Source: Rebecca billardiae RCC1528 (taxonomy: Eukaryota > Protista > Haptophyta). Taken from it: a DNA stretch of 64,000 nt. The stretch spans positions 2,232,001-2,296,000 of the forward strand of contig OZ251231.1 in the NCBI GenBank assembly GCA_965240325.2, in the 5' to 3' direction. Of this stretch, positions 31,324-42,668 are shown in pieces. Under the pieces are notes generated by a model, which saw only the letters and a list, made by a program, of their open reading frames with translations, did not search any database and was not told the DNA's origin. Position 1 is the stretch's first letter, and each line of letters opens with the position of its first letter. The position numbers were made by a program, and so were the translations under genes.

Positions 31324-34300
31324 TCAGTGGATGGCGCACGCGCCGAGGACCGACCCACCCGGCGTCACCACGCACTCGCTGATGAAGCGCTGCGCGCGCG
31401 GAGGCAGGCACGCCAGCGCGTGCCTCGCGAGCGGCGAGATGAACGCGACGGCCGGCTCCAAGATGAGCAGCTTGAGCACCTGCGCGCGCACGAGCGCCGC
31501 GAGCAGCGGCCCCGTCCACGTGCGCACGTCGTGCAGCAGCGGCGTGCGCAGCGAGAGGAAGAGGATGGTCAGGCACATGCCCAGCCCGAGGAGGGCGTGC
31601 ACGCTCCACGCCAGCAGCACCTTCCACCGGCGCGGCAGGGACCACCACAGCTGCGCGATCCTGAGCGACGTCTCGTCGATGCGCGCGTACGCCTCCACCT
31701 CGTTCGCCTCCGTCGCGCGCGCGGCGCGCCGCCAGCGCGAGGGCGAGGCGGCGGCGGAGGGCGCGAGCGCGCGCGCCGAGCTGCCGCGCTCTACCCAAAT
31801 GTCGGAGCCGTCCGCGCCCCGGTCCGCCGCGTCGCGCTGCGCGGCCTCGGCGCGCGCGCGCTGCCGCTCGTACGCGCCGAGCAGCTGCGCGCGCGCCACG
31901 TCCGGCTCGCAGAACAGATCTGCCGTGGTGATGCGCCGGCCGTGCGCAAACGGCGCCTCGATCGGGAGGACGTGCACCATCGGCGTGGACTTGGAGGCGA
32001 GGCGCGCGGCCGCCTTTGGCTTGAGGCGGTAGTAGCGCGTGGCCACCTGCTCGGCGGGCGCGTCCGCCGCCTTGTACACGAGCTGCGCCTGCACGAAGCG
32101 CAGGTCCGGCACGTGCGCCGGACGGCGCTCCGCGGCCGCGCTGCGCCCGAGCTCGGCCGCGTCCGCGACCGCGTCGGCCGCGGAGCCGCGCCGCGCGCGC
32201 GGCGTGGGCACCACTGATCCCACCACCCGCTCGACGACGCTGCTGCGCCTCCGCGCCGCAGCCGCTTCGCGCTGCGCGAGGAAGCGCTGCCGCGCGAACT
32301 CCGTCGCGTCCGCCACGCCCACGCGCACGAAGAAGCCGACCATCTCGCCGCGGCGCGTCTGCACCGCCATCAGCGCCTTGGCCGGCATGCGGATGGACTC
32401 GCATGCGCCACCCAGCTCGTCGACTTGCGCGTTTGGGGCGCGCCGCGGGGCGAGGCCGACCTTGTGCGGGCAGACGTAGAGCAGCGTGTGCGCGCGAGAG
32501 AGCACGGCGAGCGGCACGCTGCTGCCGTCGCCGCTCAGCGCGATCGACACCTTGCGCGCGCTGCTGCTCGGCCGCGCGTCGCCGCCGTCCGCGCCGCCCG
32601 AGCCATTCGCGCGCGGCGGGGTGCTGTCGGGCGGCGGCGTGTTGAGCGCGTCCTGCCACTCCGCCGGCACCGCGCCCAGGTTGGACACGCTCCGTGCGCG
32701 CGCCTGGCTGAGCACGGACACCTCGATGCTGCGCTCGGCCGCCTCGGCGTCCGCGCTGGGTGGGTAGCGCGAGCTCGCGTCGGGCTCCGCCCGCTGAGAG
32801 CGCCCTCGCACGAGCCACGCAGGGCCCCACCGCGCGTCCGGCGCGCGCGAGGGCTGCGGCGGGCTCGGCGGTGGCGACGCCTCGGGCGCGGCCGGCGGCG
32901 CGACCGCCTGCAGCTGAGCGTCGCCGTCCCGACGCGCCACCGGCCGGCGCGGCAAGCGAGCACGCGCAGACGCAGACCGCTGCTTGAGCTCGCGGTCGTA
33001 CTTTTGGATCAGCCGCGCCTTGAGCTCGTGCAGCGGCGTCCGGCGCGTGGCCCATTTGAAGAGGAAGTAGTACACGCCAAACTCGAAGGGCACGGCCAGC
33101 CCGACCGTGAGCAGCGCGAGGCCGAGCGCGCCGCGCACGGGCGCGGACGATGGCTGTCCAACGCACGCGACGACGACGAGCAGCTGCGCGAGCAGCGTGT
33201 TGTACAGCACCGTCACGCGCTGCCGCGAGGTGACGAGCTCGCCCGGCAGCCGCGCGAGCCACCACGAGACGGACGAGTGCGCGATCAGCGCGGCGCACAG
33301 CGCGTGGCACAGGCCGGCGTCCTCCTTGCGCTTCCACAGCGGCACGGCCGGCATGCGCTCGACGGACACGTCCCGCCGGTGCGCGCACGCGAACAGCGAG
33401 CCGTACAGCAGCAGCAGCACGAAGAGGATCAGCAGCGCCGTGTACCGGAAGTCCGGCAGCTCCAGAGACGCCGCGCTCACGCCGGGGGCCGGGTCGTCGG
33501 CCGTGGGATCGAGCAGGCCTGGGCCGGGCAGTGGCTCGGCAGCGGGGCGCGAGACAGCGGCGAAGTCGGTGAGATGGGTACACTCACACGTGCGCGAGGA
33601 GCTTGACGGGTCACCCACGTCCGTGCATCCCGCGCTGTCCCACGCCGTGCCCGACCAGAAGCGGCAGCTGAAGCCGTCCTCGTCATCGGCCTGCAGCCTG
33701 CCCACGTCCACGGGCAGGGCGATGCTCACGACGGGCGCGGCCTCGCCCGGCCGGGTGAGCCGAGTGAGGTCGAGCTCGAGCGGCGCGCCGTCGGCCCACA
33801 CGCTCACGTCGACGAGCGTGTCGCTCAGCGCGTACCCGCGCAGCCCGGCGAACGCGCGGTAGTTGTTCTTCCACAGCGCCAGCGCGACGTGCACCTCGGA
33901 GGCGAGCCCTGAGCCGGCGGTGCAGTTGAGCAGCCCGCGCTCGGCCATGAACTGGAGGGTGGCGGCGGGGAGAGTGAAGGAGGCTGCAGCCGGGACGCCG
34001 CCGACGGCCACCTGCGGCGAGGAGACGACGATGTCCTCGAGCCCAAGCCTCGCCGGCTCGACCTCGAGCAGCGCGATGGCCACCGGGCCAAAGTCGGTCT
34101 CCACCGTCGTGCGCAGCGTGTCACCCAGTGCGACCGAGTGGAGCCGGCGCTTCACAAAGTCCTCGACCGCGGCGTTCACGCCGTCCGCGCGCGTGAGCGC
34201 CTCCGCGAGGGTCGGGTCGTCACTGTCCGCGGTGGGGAGGAATGGCGGCGTGGCGCTGGGCGTGGCCTCCCTCTCGGGCAGCACGCCCAGCGCGAGGAGC

Positions 34301-37129
34301 GACTCGATCGCGCGCGCAATCCAGTCGCCCGGAGGCGACGGCGGTGCCGAGGGGGGCGGCCTTGGTCGCGGGTCCGGACCAGCAGCTGGAGGCGGTGGCG
34401 CCGGCGCCGGGGAGGGCGCGGAGAGCGGCGACGGCAACGCAGGCGGCGATGACGGCGCTGGAGTTGGGGGCGATGCCGGCGGAGGGCTGCGCTGTGAGTC
34501 GAGAGGGGCCAGAGGCGGCGAAGGTGGCGGCAAAGGCGGCGTGGGCCTCGCTTGCCGTGGGCTCGGCGGCGAAAGGCTCGTGGGCGGGCTCGGCGGGGGC
34601 GCAGGTGGCGGCGAGCTCCGTGCCGGTGGCGCGGGCTGCGTGCTCGGCGGGGCAAATGGTGGCGGCGGGGCAAATGGTGGCGGTAGTGGCGGCGAGCTCC
34701 GCGGCGGTGGAGCGGGTGGTGTGCTCGGCGGCGGCGAGAGCGGCGGCGGCGGTGAATCGAACGGCGGTGGGCTCGCCAGCCGGGAGGGAGGCTGTGGTGG
34801 TGGCAGGCCTGGCGGCGGCACTGGCGGTAGAGGAGGCGGCGCGGGTGCCGGTGGAGGAGGCGGCGCGGGTGCCGGCGGAGGTGGCGGCGCGGGTGCCGGT
34901 GGAGGAGGCGGCGCGGGTGCCGGTGGAGGAGGCGGCGCAGGTGCCGGCGGAGGTGGCGGCGCGGGTGCCGGTGGAGGAGGCGGCGCGGGTGCCGGTGGAG
35001 GAGGCGGCGCGGGTGCCGGCGGAGGTGGCGGCGCGGGTGCCGGTGGAGGAGGCGGCGCGGGTGCCGGTGGAGGAGGCGGCGCGGGTGCCGGTGGAGGAGG
35101 CGGCGCGGGTGCCGGCGGAGGTGGCGGCGCGGGTGCCGGTGGAGGAGGCGGCGCGGGTGCCGGTGGAGGAGGCGGCGCGGGTGCCGGTGGAGGTGGCGGC
35201 GCGGGTGCCGGTGGAGGAGGCGGCGCGGGTGCCGGTGGAGGATGCGGCGCTGGTGCCGGTGGAGGAGGCGGCGCGGGTGGCGAGCTGGGCGGCGGGCCCG
35301 GAGTCGGGCTTGGCGGGGGCTTTGGCGGGCCCGGCGGTGTGAAAGGAGTGCCGCGCGGCGGGGGCGCCAGCTTTAGCGGTGGTGGTGGCGGGGGCGCAGG
35401 TGGTGGCATCGGCGGTGGCATCGGCGGCGGTGCAGGCGGCGATGGGCTGGGCGGCGCCGCGGGCGGTGGCGCTGGCGGCAGGCTCGGCGATGGGCTTGGC
35501 GGTGGCGATGGCGGCGGTGGCTTCGGTGAGCTCGGCGGTGGTTGGCTTGGTCGAGGGCTTGGAGGCGACTGCAGCGGTTGGCTGGGCGGCGAGGAAGGTG
35601 GCGGTACCGGCGGCAGTGAGGGCGGCGGCCTGGGCGGCTCGCCTGGCGGCGGGCCCGGAGATCGGCTTGGCGGCGGGGCCGGCGGGCTCGGCGGTCGGAA
35701 CGGCTCCGCATGCGGCGGGGGCGGCGGAAGTGGCGAAGCGGCGGGCGGAGGGGCAGGCGATGGCGCTGGTGGCGGGACCGGCGGGGTATTTGGCGGCGGC
35801 GAGCGCGGTGGCATGCTTGGCGGCACGCCCGGTGGCAGAGATGGCAGCGGCGGCGAGAGTGGGCTTGGAAGCGGTAGGCTAAGCGGCGCACTCAGCGGCG
35901 GCGGGCTTGGCGACGTGCTCGGTCGAGGCGGTGGCGGCATGCGTGTGCCGGGGGGCGAAGGCGGACGGCTCGGCGGCTGGAACGGCGCAGGCGATGGCAG
36001 GCTTGCGCCGGGTGGCGATGGCGAGGGCGGAGACTGCACTGTGCTCGGAGGCGGAGAGGGCGTCGGCCGCGGCGCAGGCGTGCACCCGCCGCACGCGCCA
36101 GCCGCCTGCTCATCAGAGCACAGCGCGCTCGGGCTGGTGCTGGTGCGTCCAGCCAAGCAGAGCACACTCGGGCTGTCCGCCGTGGCCACCGCCTCGCACG
36201 CGCCGGCGCCGAGCGCGGAGTTGTTCTCGAAGCGCAGACAGCCGTCAAGCTCCAGCGCCGCCGGCCCTCGCAGCAACATCGCGCCGCCCTCACGCCCTGC
36301 GCTGTTGGCACGCAGCGTGCTGTTCGTGAGCGCGACGCGCGCACCGCTGCCAGTGGCGAAGAGTGCGCCGCCGTCCCTGCTCGCCGTGCACTCGGACAGC
36401 TCGGTGTCGAGCAGCCGCAGCTCGCCCCAGTGCGCGTACACGCACCCGCCGTCCTCGCTGGCGGCGCAGCCCGCGAAGCGGCACCCTTCGCAGCTGCTCC
36501 CATCGTCCTGGGTCGAGTACCACGCTCCGCCCAGCGGCGCGTCGCAGCCCTCAAACGCGCAGTCCGTCAAGCTGAGCGCGCTCTGGTCGGAGAAGAGGCA
36601 GCCGCCGGAGGACGCGGCCGAGAGCCGGCTGAAGCGGCAGCGGGTGAGCGTGATGCTCGACGCGTACGCGTACACGCCCGCGCCCTGGCTGCTCGCCGTG
36701 CCGTTGCGGAACTCGCACTCAGTCAGCCGGACCTCCTCAGCCTCGTGCGCGAAGAGCGCAGCCCCCTGCGCGCCCGCGTTGCCCTCGAAGGCGCAGCCAC
36801 GCAGCTCGACGCGCCGCGCGTGGTGCAGCGCCACGGCGCCGTGCGCCGCACTCGCAAACGTGAGGTTGTGCACGAGCAAATCGTGCGGTCTGCGGCCCTT
36901 CTCGTTCGACACGACGAGGAGCGGCCGGCTGCCGAGGCTGGGCGTCGGGCTGAGCACGCACGCGCCGGATGGACACGTGACCGCGACCTCCCTCGTCTTG
37001 CCCACGCTCAGCGGCTCGGAGACACGGTATGCGCCGGCGCCGAGCTCGAGCGTGTCGCAGTGCCGCAGGCGCTCAAATGCGTCGGCGAGGCCCTCGCTCG
37101 AGTCCACCGCGATCGTGCGGCAGTTGCCA

Positions 37130-37180
<51 letters not shown>

Positions 37181-39120
37181 TCGCCAGGAGCCCTTGAAGC
37201 TCCGAGCGGCGGCGGCGAGGGTGGCGGCGAGGGCGAGGGCGGCGGCGCGAGTGTCAGCATGCCCTCGAGGTTGTCAAAGTGGCTGCCGTCGTCGCCCGTG
37301 CCGCACGCGCCCTGGATCTCGTCGTACTCCGACGCGCGGTCCTCGAGCGCCGCGCGCATGACGACCGGCGCCGCGCAGCCCTGCCCCGCGTCGAACGCGT
37401 GCCTGAACGCGCCGGTGTTGAGAGAGTCCAGCCGAAGCTCGGCAGGCAAGTAGACATGCGCCCAGATCTGCTCGTACGCGCCGCCACCGATCGAAGCGAA
37501 GAACTTCATGCTGATACCCTTCAGCTCGGCGGAGCCGCCGTGCGACGTCGGCCAGAAGCCGAACGAGACGGCCACCTCATTCGCCACGGCCGTGCTCGCA
37601 AGCTGCACGTACTCGAAATGGTCGGTCGGGTGCAGCTCGCGCTCGCACTCGGAGCCGTTGCGCAGCGAGGTGAACGTGGCCGGGTCGGTAGGCTCGAGTA
37701 CGACGTTGCAAATCGGCGGCGACGGCGGCGACGGCGGCGGCGGCGGCGACGGTGGTGGTAGGGGCGGCGGCGGGGGCGACGGGCTGGGCGGCGGCGGCGG
37801 AGGTGACGGCGGTGGGCTCGGCGGCGACGGTGGAGGCGCCGGCTCACCGGTGGATGGCGCGAGCAGGAGCACGCCCTCGAGGTTGTCGAAGTGAGACGTC
37901 TGGTTGTTTGTGCCGCACACGCCCTGGATCTCGTCGTAGACGTGCGCGCGATCCTCAAGCGACGCGCGGATGACGGCCTGCTCGCCACAGGCCTCGCCAG
38001 GCGGGAACACGTGCGTGAACGCGCCTCGGTTGAGCTCGTCCAGCTGCATCTGCCCCGGCAAGTAGATGCGCGACCAGATCTGCTCGTACGCGCCGCCGCC
38101 GATCGAAGCAAAGAACTTCATGCTGATGCCCGTGCTTTCGGTGAACGAGCCGTGCGACGTCGGCCAGAAGCCGAACGAGACGGCCACCTCATTCGCCACG
38201 GCCGTGCTCGCAAGCTGCACGTACTCGAAATGGTCGGTCGGGTGCAGCTCGCGCTCGCACTCGGAGCCGTTGCGCAGCGAGGTGAACGTGGCCGGGTCGG
38301 CGGGCTCGAGCACGACGTTGCAAATTGGCGGCGACGGCGGCGACGGCGGCGGCGGCGGCGACGGTGGTGGTAGGGGCGGCGGCGGGGGCGACGGGCTGGG
38401 CGGCGGCGGCGGTGGGAACAGCGGCGGCGACGGTGGCGGTGGCGACCATGGCGGCGGTGACGGCGGTGGGGTAGGCGGCGGTGAGGCCGGCGGCGGTGGC
38501 GGAGAGGGCGGCGGCGACGGCGGCGACGGTGGCACAGCCTCGCCCGAGGTGGGAATCAGCCGCGCCGTGCCCTCCACGTTGTCAAAGCCGCTGCCGCTGG
38601 CGTTGGTGGCGCACTCGGCTGCAATCTTGTCATCCGAGTGCGCGCGGTCCTGCAGCGCACCGCGGATGACGACATCGGCGTCGCAGGGCCATCCGGGGGG
38701 GAAGGCGTAGGTGAAGGAGCGGTAGTTTGTCTGGTCGTAGCATAGCTTGTCCTCGCCCGTGCCTTGCAGGTAGATCTGCGCCCAGATCTCGTCGAATGGG
38801 CCGCCCGCGACCGACGCAAAGAACTTGATGCTGACGCCGTTGCTCTGGCTGACGTTGCCGTGGGACGTCGGGCGGAAGGCGAAGGACACGGCCACTTCGT
38901 TCATGGCCCTCGCCGTCGCCAGCGCGATGTACTCGAAATGGTCGGTCGGGTGGAGCTGGCGCTCGCACTCGGAGCCGTTGAGCAGCGCGTTGAAGAGCTG
39001 CGGGTTGGCGGGCTCCACGACGACTCGACACGCGCCGGATGTGCCGGAGGCGTCTGAGGACGCGCTCAGCGCCGAAGCGAGTAGTGGTAGCATCTGGAGC
39101 AGAAGCGACGCGTGCGCCAT
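31324..39120 (-). CDS. Polycystin-1-like GPS membrane protein B: signal, 3x unknown domain, poly-Asp, Pmp-like beta-helix repeats, very long Pro-rich stalk, GAIN/GPS, 5 TM
   Basis: Signal MAHASLLLQMLPLLASALSA. FxxN/GGA repeats (FEGNAGAQGAAL, NSAGREGGAM). GPS CRFWSGTAWDSAGC..CECTHLTDFAAV. PKD1-like TM motifs TSRQRVTVL and LILEPAV. Confidence 0.85.
34831..35280 (-). repeat. 24-nt tandem repeat (~18 copies) encoding PPPPPAPA
   Basis: The + strand unit gcgggtgccggtggaggaggcggc is repeated with minor variants. Confidence 0.93.
37246..39030 (-). repeat. Three copies of a ~155-aa Cys-containing extracellular domain (39030-38540, 38322-37845, 37710-37246) separated by Pro linkers
   Basis: Each copy contains C.VV.EP..P..F..L.NGSECER.LHPTDHFEY..LA.....NEVAVSF.F.PTSHG...KFFAS..GG...QIW...FDN.EG. 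Confidence 0.93.
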
Positions 39121-39602
39121 GCTGCGGTGTCGGGAGCTCGCGACGCCGTCGGAAGCGTCGGCAGGTCGAGCGTGCGCGAGAAGCAAGTCCGAGCTCGAGA
39201 CGGGCGTTGGACGGCCGGGCTGGCGATTCGCAAATTCTCTCGCAGGTGCTGGTATCCAACGGAGGCTGAATACGAGTACTAATTCGTGCAAGCCCGGGAA
39301 GTGGCGGAAGGCTTGATGACTATCGTCGGAATCGGCAGGACAAGCCAATAGAAGGCCGATTTGTATCAGGCCTAAAGCGACTTTTATCACTTCGAAGCTC
39401 GAGAGGAAAAGCCCTGCAAGCCATCTGGCCAATCAGCGACACTTGTCTCGGCGTCCGCACGAACCGATTTATCCCAAACGTTCTGCTGAGAGCCGGCCGG
39501 GGGAAGAGCTGTCGAAGAGCGATGACGCGCGCCTCCGCGCAACCACACTCAGCCAATCGCCCGACGACGCGCTCGAGGGCCCTCGGCAGCATCCAATGCG
39601 CG

Positions 39603-42518
39603 TCATAGAAGCTGCTTCTCCGCCGCCGCGGCCTTGGCGCGCAGCGCGTCCTCGCCCGCATCTGGCGCGAGCGCCCCTGTGCAGCACCACCGGTGGCGGC
39701 CGGGCGCGGCGCATCGGGCGCAGGGACCATGGCTCGGATGAAAGGCGCTCCGCGCGCGCGCGCGCGGCTGCCGAGGCGCGCGCATGGCACGTGCCCGCGC
39801 GCGCACGCGCCCGCGCGCACCATCCTCCGGGAAGAAGTAGTCGTTGGCCATCCGGCCGCGGCGCACGTGCACGCCCACCTCGCAAGCGCGCACGCCGCCG
39901 CACAGCTCGCGCTCGAGCGCCTCCGCCTCCGCGACGAGCTCGGCCGACGGCACGAACAGCCAGCGCATGAGCGCGCGCAGCCCTGCGCCCGAGAGCCCGA
40001 CGTGCTCGCGGTACCACGCGCGCATCTGCGGGTTGGCCGCGACGTGCAGCGTGTGCGGCGCCCCCTCAAAGGCCGGGACGCACACCGCAGCGTCGCCCGC
40101 GCACTCGGCGCTGATCAGCTCGCTGCAGTAGCCGGGCTCGGTCTCGATCCAGTGCGCGCGCCGGCGCGAGTGCGCGCTGCCCAGCCGCGCGCGCACGGCC
40201 GCCCCGAGGTGCTCGGGCAGCGCGTGCACGTCGAGGCCGAGCGGGAAGTCGAAGCCGGGCAGCCACGACGGGTCGATGACGAGCGCGCGGCCGGTGGCCA
40301 TGCCCAGCAGCACGTACGCGAGGAGGTTGAACGCGCGGTTGCCGATGTTGTTGCAGTACGTCACGCCCATCAGCAGCCGCGCGCCGGCAGCGCCGCACCC
40401 GCCGCCCGCGCCGCCCGCGCAGCCGTCAGCCGCGCTTGGCCCGGCGCCGAGCGCGCGCGCGTGCAGCTGCGTGTAGTTGGCAATCAGCGCGGCCACGCGC
40501 GCCGCGTCGTCCGCCTGCGCGCGCGCGAGCCGCGCGCGCGCGTCGGCCTGCTCCTCGTCGGCCTCGTCCGCGGCGCCCGCGAGCTCGCCGACGAAGCGCA
40601 GCGCGCCGCCTGTGTGCGGCCCAAAGGAGCCGGACACCGCGTTGAGCGCCTCGCCCAGCTCGTCGGTGCGGCAGCTGAGCGCGCCGAGGTCGCCGCTGAG
40701 GAAGGCCTCGCGCTGCCGCTCGCCCGCCGCGCCGGTCTCCGCGTCGCCCAGCCCCGGCGTGTGCGTGTGCGAGGCGAGCGGCGAGGAGGCGTACGCGCAG
40801 CGCGAGAGCACCGCCGGGTGCGCGACGGCGTGCAGCGCCGCGCCGTGCATGCCCGCCGCCAGCATCGAGTAGGTGGAGCGGTGCGTGACGAGCAGCGCGC
40901 GGGATCGGGCGAGGAGCACGAGGTCGAGCATCGCGTCGCGCGTCTGCTGCGCGTGGCTCAGCCGCTCGTCGAAGCCCTCCATCCGCGTGCCGATGCGCTC
41001 GTTCATGCGCGCGGACGCGCCGAGGCGCGCGAGCAGATACCGCCCGACCGGCGTGTTGTCCGTCGCGAGGAAGATGGGCGCGGCCGACGCGTCGCCGGCG
41101 GGGGCTGGCGCGTCGGCCGCGGCGGCGTCCGCGCCCGCGGGCGCGCGCGCGTCGAGCACGAGGGCGCGCGCGCACTCGGCGAAGAGGCGCAGCTCCGGCC
41201 GGATGGCGCGCGCCGCGTTGACGAGCAGGTTGCGGTCGCGCCACTTCGCCGCGGCTGGATGCGACAGCGCCGCTGCCTCCAGCTCGGGCAGCACGCGCTC
41301 CAGCCCGGGCCGCAGCCGCGGCGGCGCGAGCTCGATCGCCGTGCGCAGGAACGTCGCGCTCGTGTCCGCCACGTGCCGGACGTGCACGAGCATGGCGACG
41401 AGCACGAGGTGCTGCCGGTACTCCTGCGGCTCGACGGCGCCGCCGTGCTCGCGCGTCTCCTCCGAGCACAGCTCCTTGAGCGTGCTCCACGCGACGGCGC
41501 GCACGTCCTGCGGCACCTCGATCACCGGGTGATACAGGCAGAGGCCGATCAACTCGGCGCCCGCCTCGAGCCGGCCGTGCGTGATCAGGCGCACGCCGCG
41601 GGCGAGGGCGAGGCGGACGCGCGCCTCGTCGGAGGGCGCGGCGCGCGGCTCCCCGCCCTCCTCGCCGAGCGCGAGCAGCGCCTGCAGCCGCTCCGCCGGC
41701 GCCATTCGCAGCCGAGCCATCCGGTGCGCGTGGTCGGCCAGGGCGCGCGGCTCGTCCGGCGGCTGCGCGCTGCACTCGCGCACAAAGGGTGACTGCGCGG
41801 CGACGAGGAGGGCGAAGAGGCGCTGGTCGACGAAGAGGCCCTCCTTCTCCGCCGCGAGCACGCCCTGCGACCTGTCTGCCGCGAGCGCCTCGCCCGACTC
41901 GCCGCGCGCGAGCGCGAGCAGCTGCGCGTGCAGCGCGCCGCTCAGCGCCAGCATCGTCTCCGCACCCTCGCCGAGCGACGGGCCGGCGGCGGGCGTGGGG
42001 AGCCACGGGAGGATGGCGCCGAGGAGCTCGGGGCTCGGCGGCGGCGCGTGGGCGCAGCACCCGCCGAACGACGCGCCGAGCAGGCCCGCGTCCACGAGCC
42101 GCCCCAGCGTGTACGCGCGGACCTCTGCGCCACACGAGCCGCCGTGATCAGTTGGCCCGCTGCTAATGCAGTTGCGCACGACGGTGTGTACCAGGCTCCC
42201 GACCGACGCCGCGTTCACCAGATCGGCGTCGATCCTCATGCGGCCTGCAGCGAACAGACAGCGCTCGACGTGCTGGATGGCCAGCCCCATCAGGCGCACC
42301 TGCGCGATCGGGTCGACGGCGATGCGCGTCTCAGCGCTCGCAGGCTGCTCGGGCGCGGCAGCCGCGCCGCACGAGCCGTCGGCGGCGCACGAGGCGAGCG
42401 TGTGCGCCTGAATGTCCTCGGTGCCGACGGCCTCCGCGGCACGCACGCACGCAAGCCGCGTGGCGAAGGCGACGGCAAGCCACAGGGCGCGGCGTCTGCT
42501 CAGCGTGGCTGCCGCCAT
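39603..42518 (-). CDS. Secretory-pathway fucosyltransferase-superfamily (GT11/23/37-like, GT-B) protein with permuted motif order; exons 42518-39821 and 39676-39603
   Basis: Signal MAAATLSRRRALWLAVAFA. Motifs IFLATD, DLVLLARS..STYS, NIGNR....TGRALVID and VGVHVRRG. In-frame GT-AG intron 39820-39677. Confidence 0.8.
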   Translation of the reverse strand: MAAATLSRRRALWLAVAFATRLACVRAAEAVGTEDIQAHTLASCAADGSCGAAAAPEQPASAETRIAVDPIAQVRLMGLAIQHVERCLFAAGRMRIDADLVNAASVGSLVHTVVRNCISSGPTDHGGSCGAEVRAYTLGRLVDAGLLGASFGGCCAHAPPPSPELLGAILPWLPTPAAGPSLGEGAETMLALSGALHAQLLALARGESGEALAADRSQGVLAAEKEGLFVDQRLFALLVAAQSPFVRECSAQPPDEPRALADHAHRMARLRMAPAERLQALLALGEEGGEPRAAPSDEARVRLALARGVRLITHGRLEAGAELIGLCLYHPVIEVPQDVRAVAWSTLKELCSEETREHGGAVEPQEYRQHLVLVAMLVHVRHVADTSATFLRTAIELAPPRLRPGLERVLPELEAAALSHPAAAKWRDRNLLVNAARAIRPELRLFAECARALVLDARAPAGADAAAADAPAPAGDASAAPIFLATDNTPVGRYLLARLGASARMNERIGTRMEGFDERLSHAQQTRDAMLDLVLLARSRALLVTHRSTYSMLAAGMHGAALHAVAHPAVLSRCAYASSPLASHTHTPGLGDAETGAAGERQREAFLSGDLGALSCRTDELGEALNAVSGSFGPHTGGALRFVGELAGAADEADEEQADARARLARAQADDAARVAALIANYTQLHARALGAGPSAADGCAGGAGGGCGAAGARLLMGVTYCNNIGNRAFNLLAYVLLGMATGRALVIDPSWLPGFDFPLGLDVHALPEHLGAAVRARLGSAHSRRRAHWIETEPGYCSELISAECAGDAAVCVPAFEGAPHTLHVAANPQMRAWYREHVGLSGAGLRALMRWLFVPSAELVAEAEALERELCGGVRACEVGVHVRRGRMANDYFFPEDGARGRVRARARAMRAPRQPRARARSAFHPSHGPCARCAAPGRHRWCCTGALAPDAGEDALRAKAAAAEKQLL

Positions 42519-42668
42519 CGCGACTGAGCAGATCAGCACGGGTCCCGGATTAGAAATCATCGGAAATCCTGCATGGAGTCTTGGCAGTGGCCAGGTCCGC
42601 GACCGAGACTCCGCACGTGAATCCTCCGACGGCGGTGAGGGCGCTCGGCGAGGACGCCTACAGCAGCA

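Noticed and set aside
34831-35280. Regular 24-nt, 21-nt and 15-nt repeats as possible CRISPR arrays
   Set aside because: They have no unique spacers, all are in-frame coding repeats of eukaryotic genes, and there are no cas genes.
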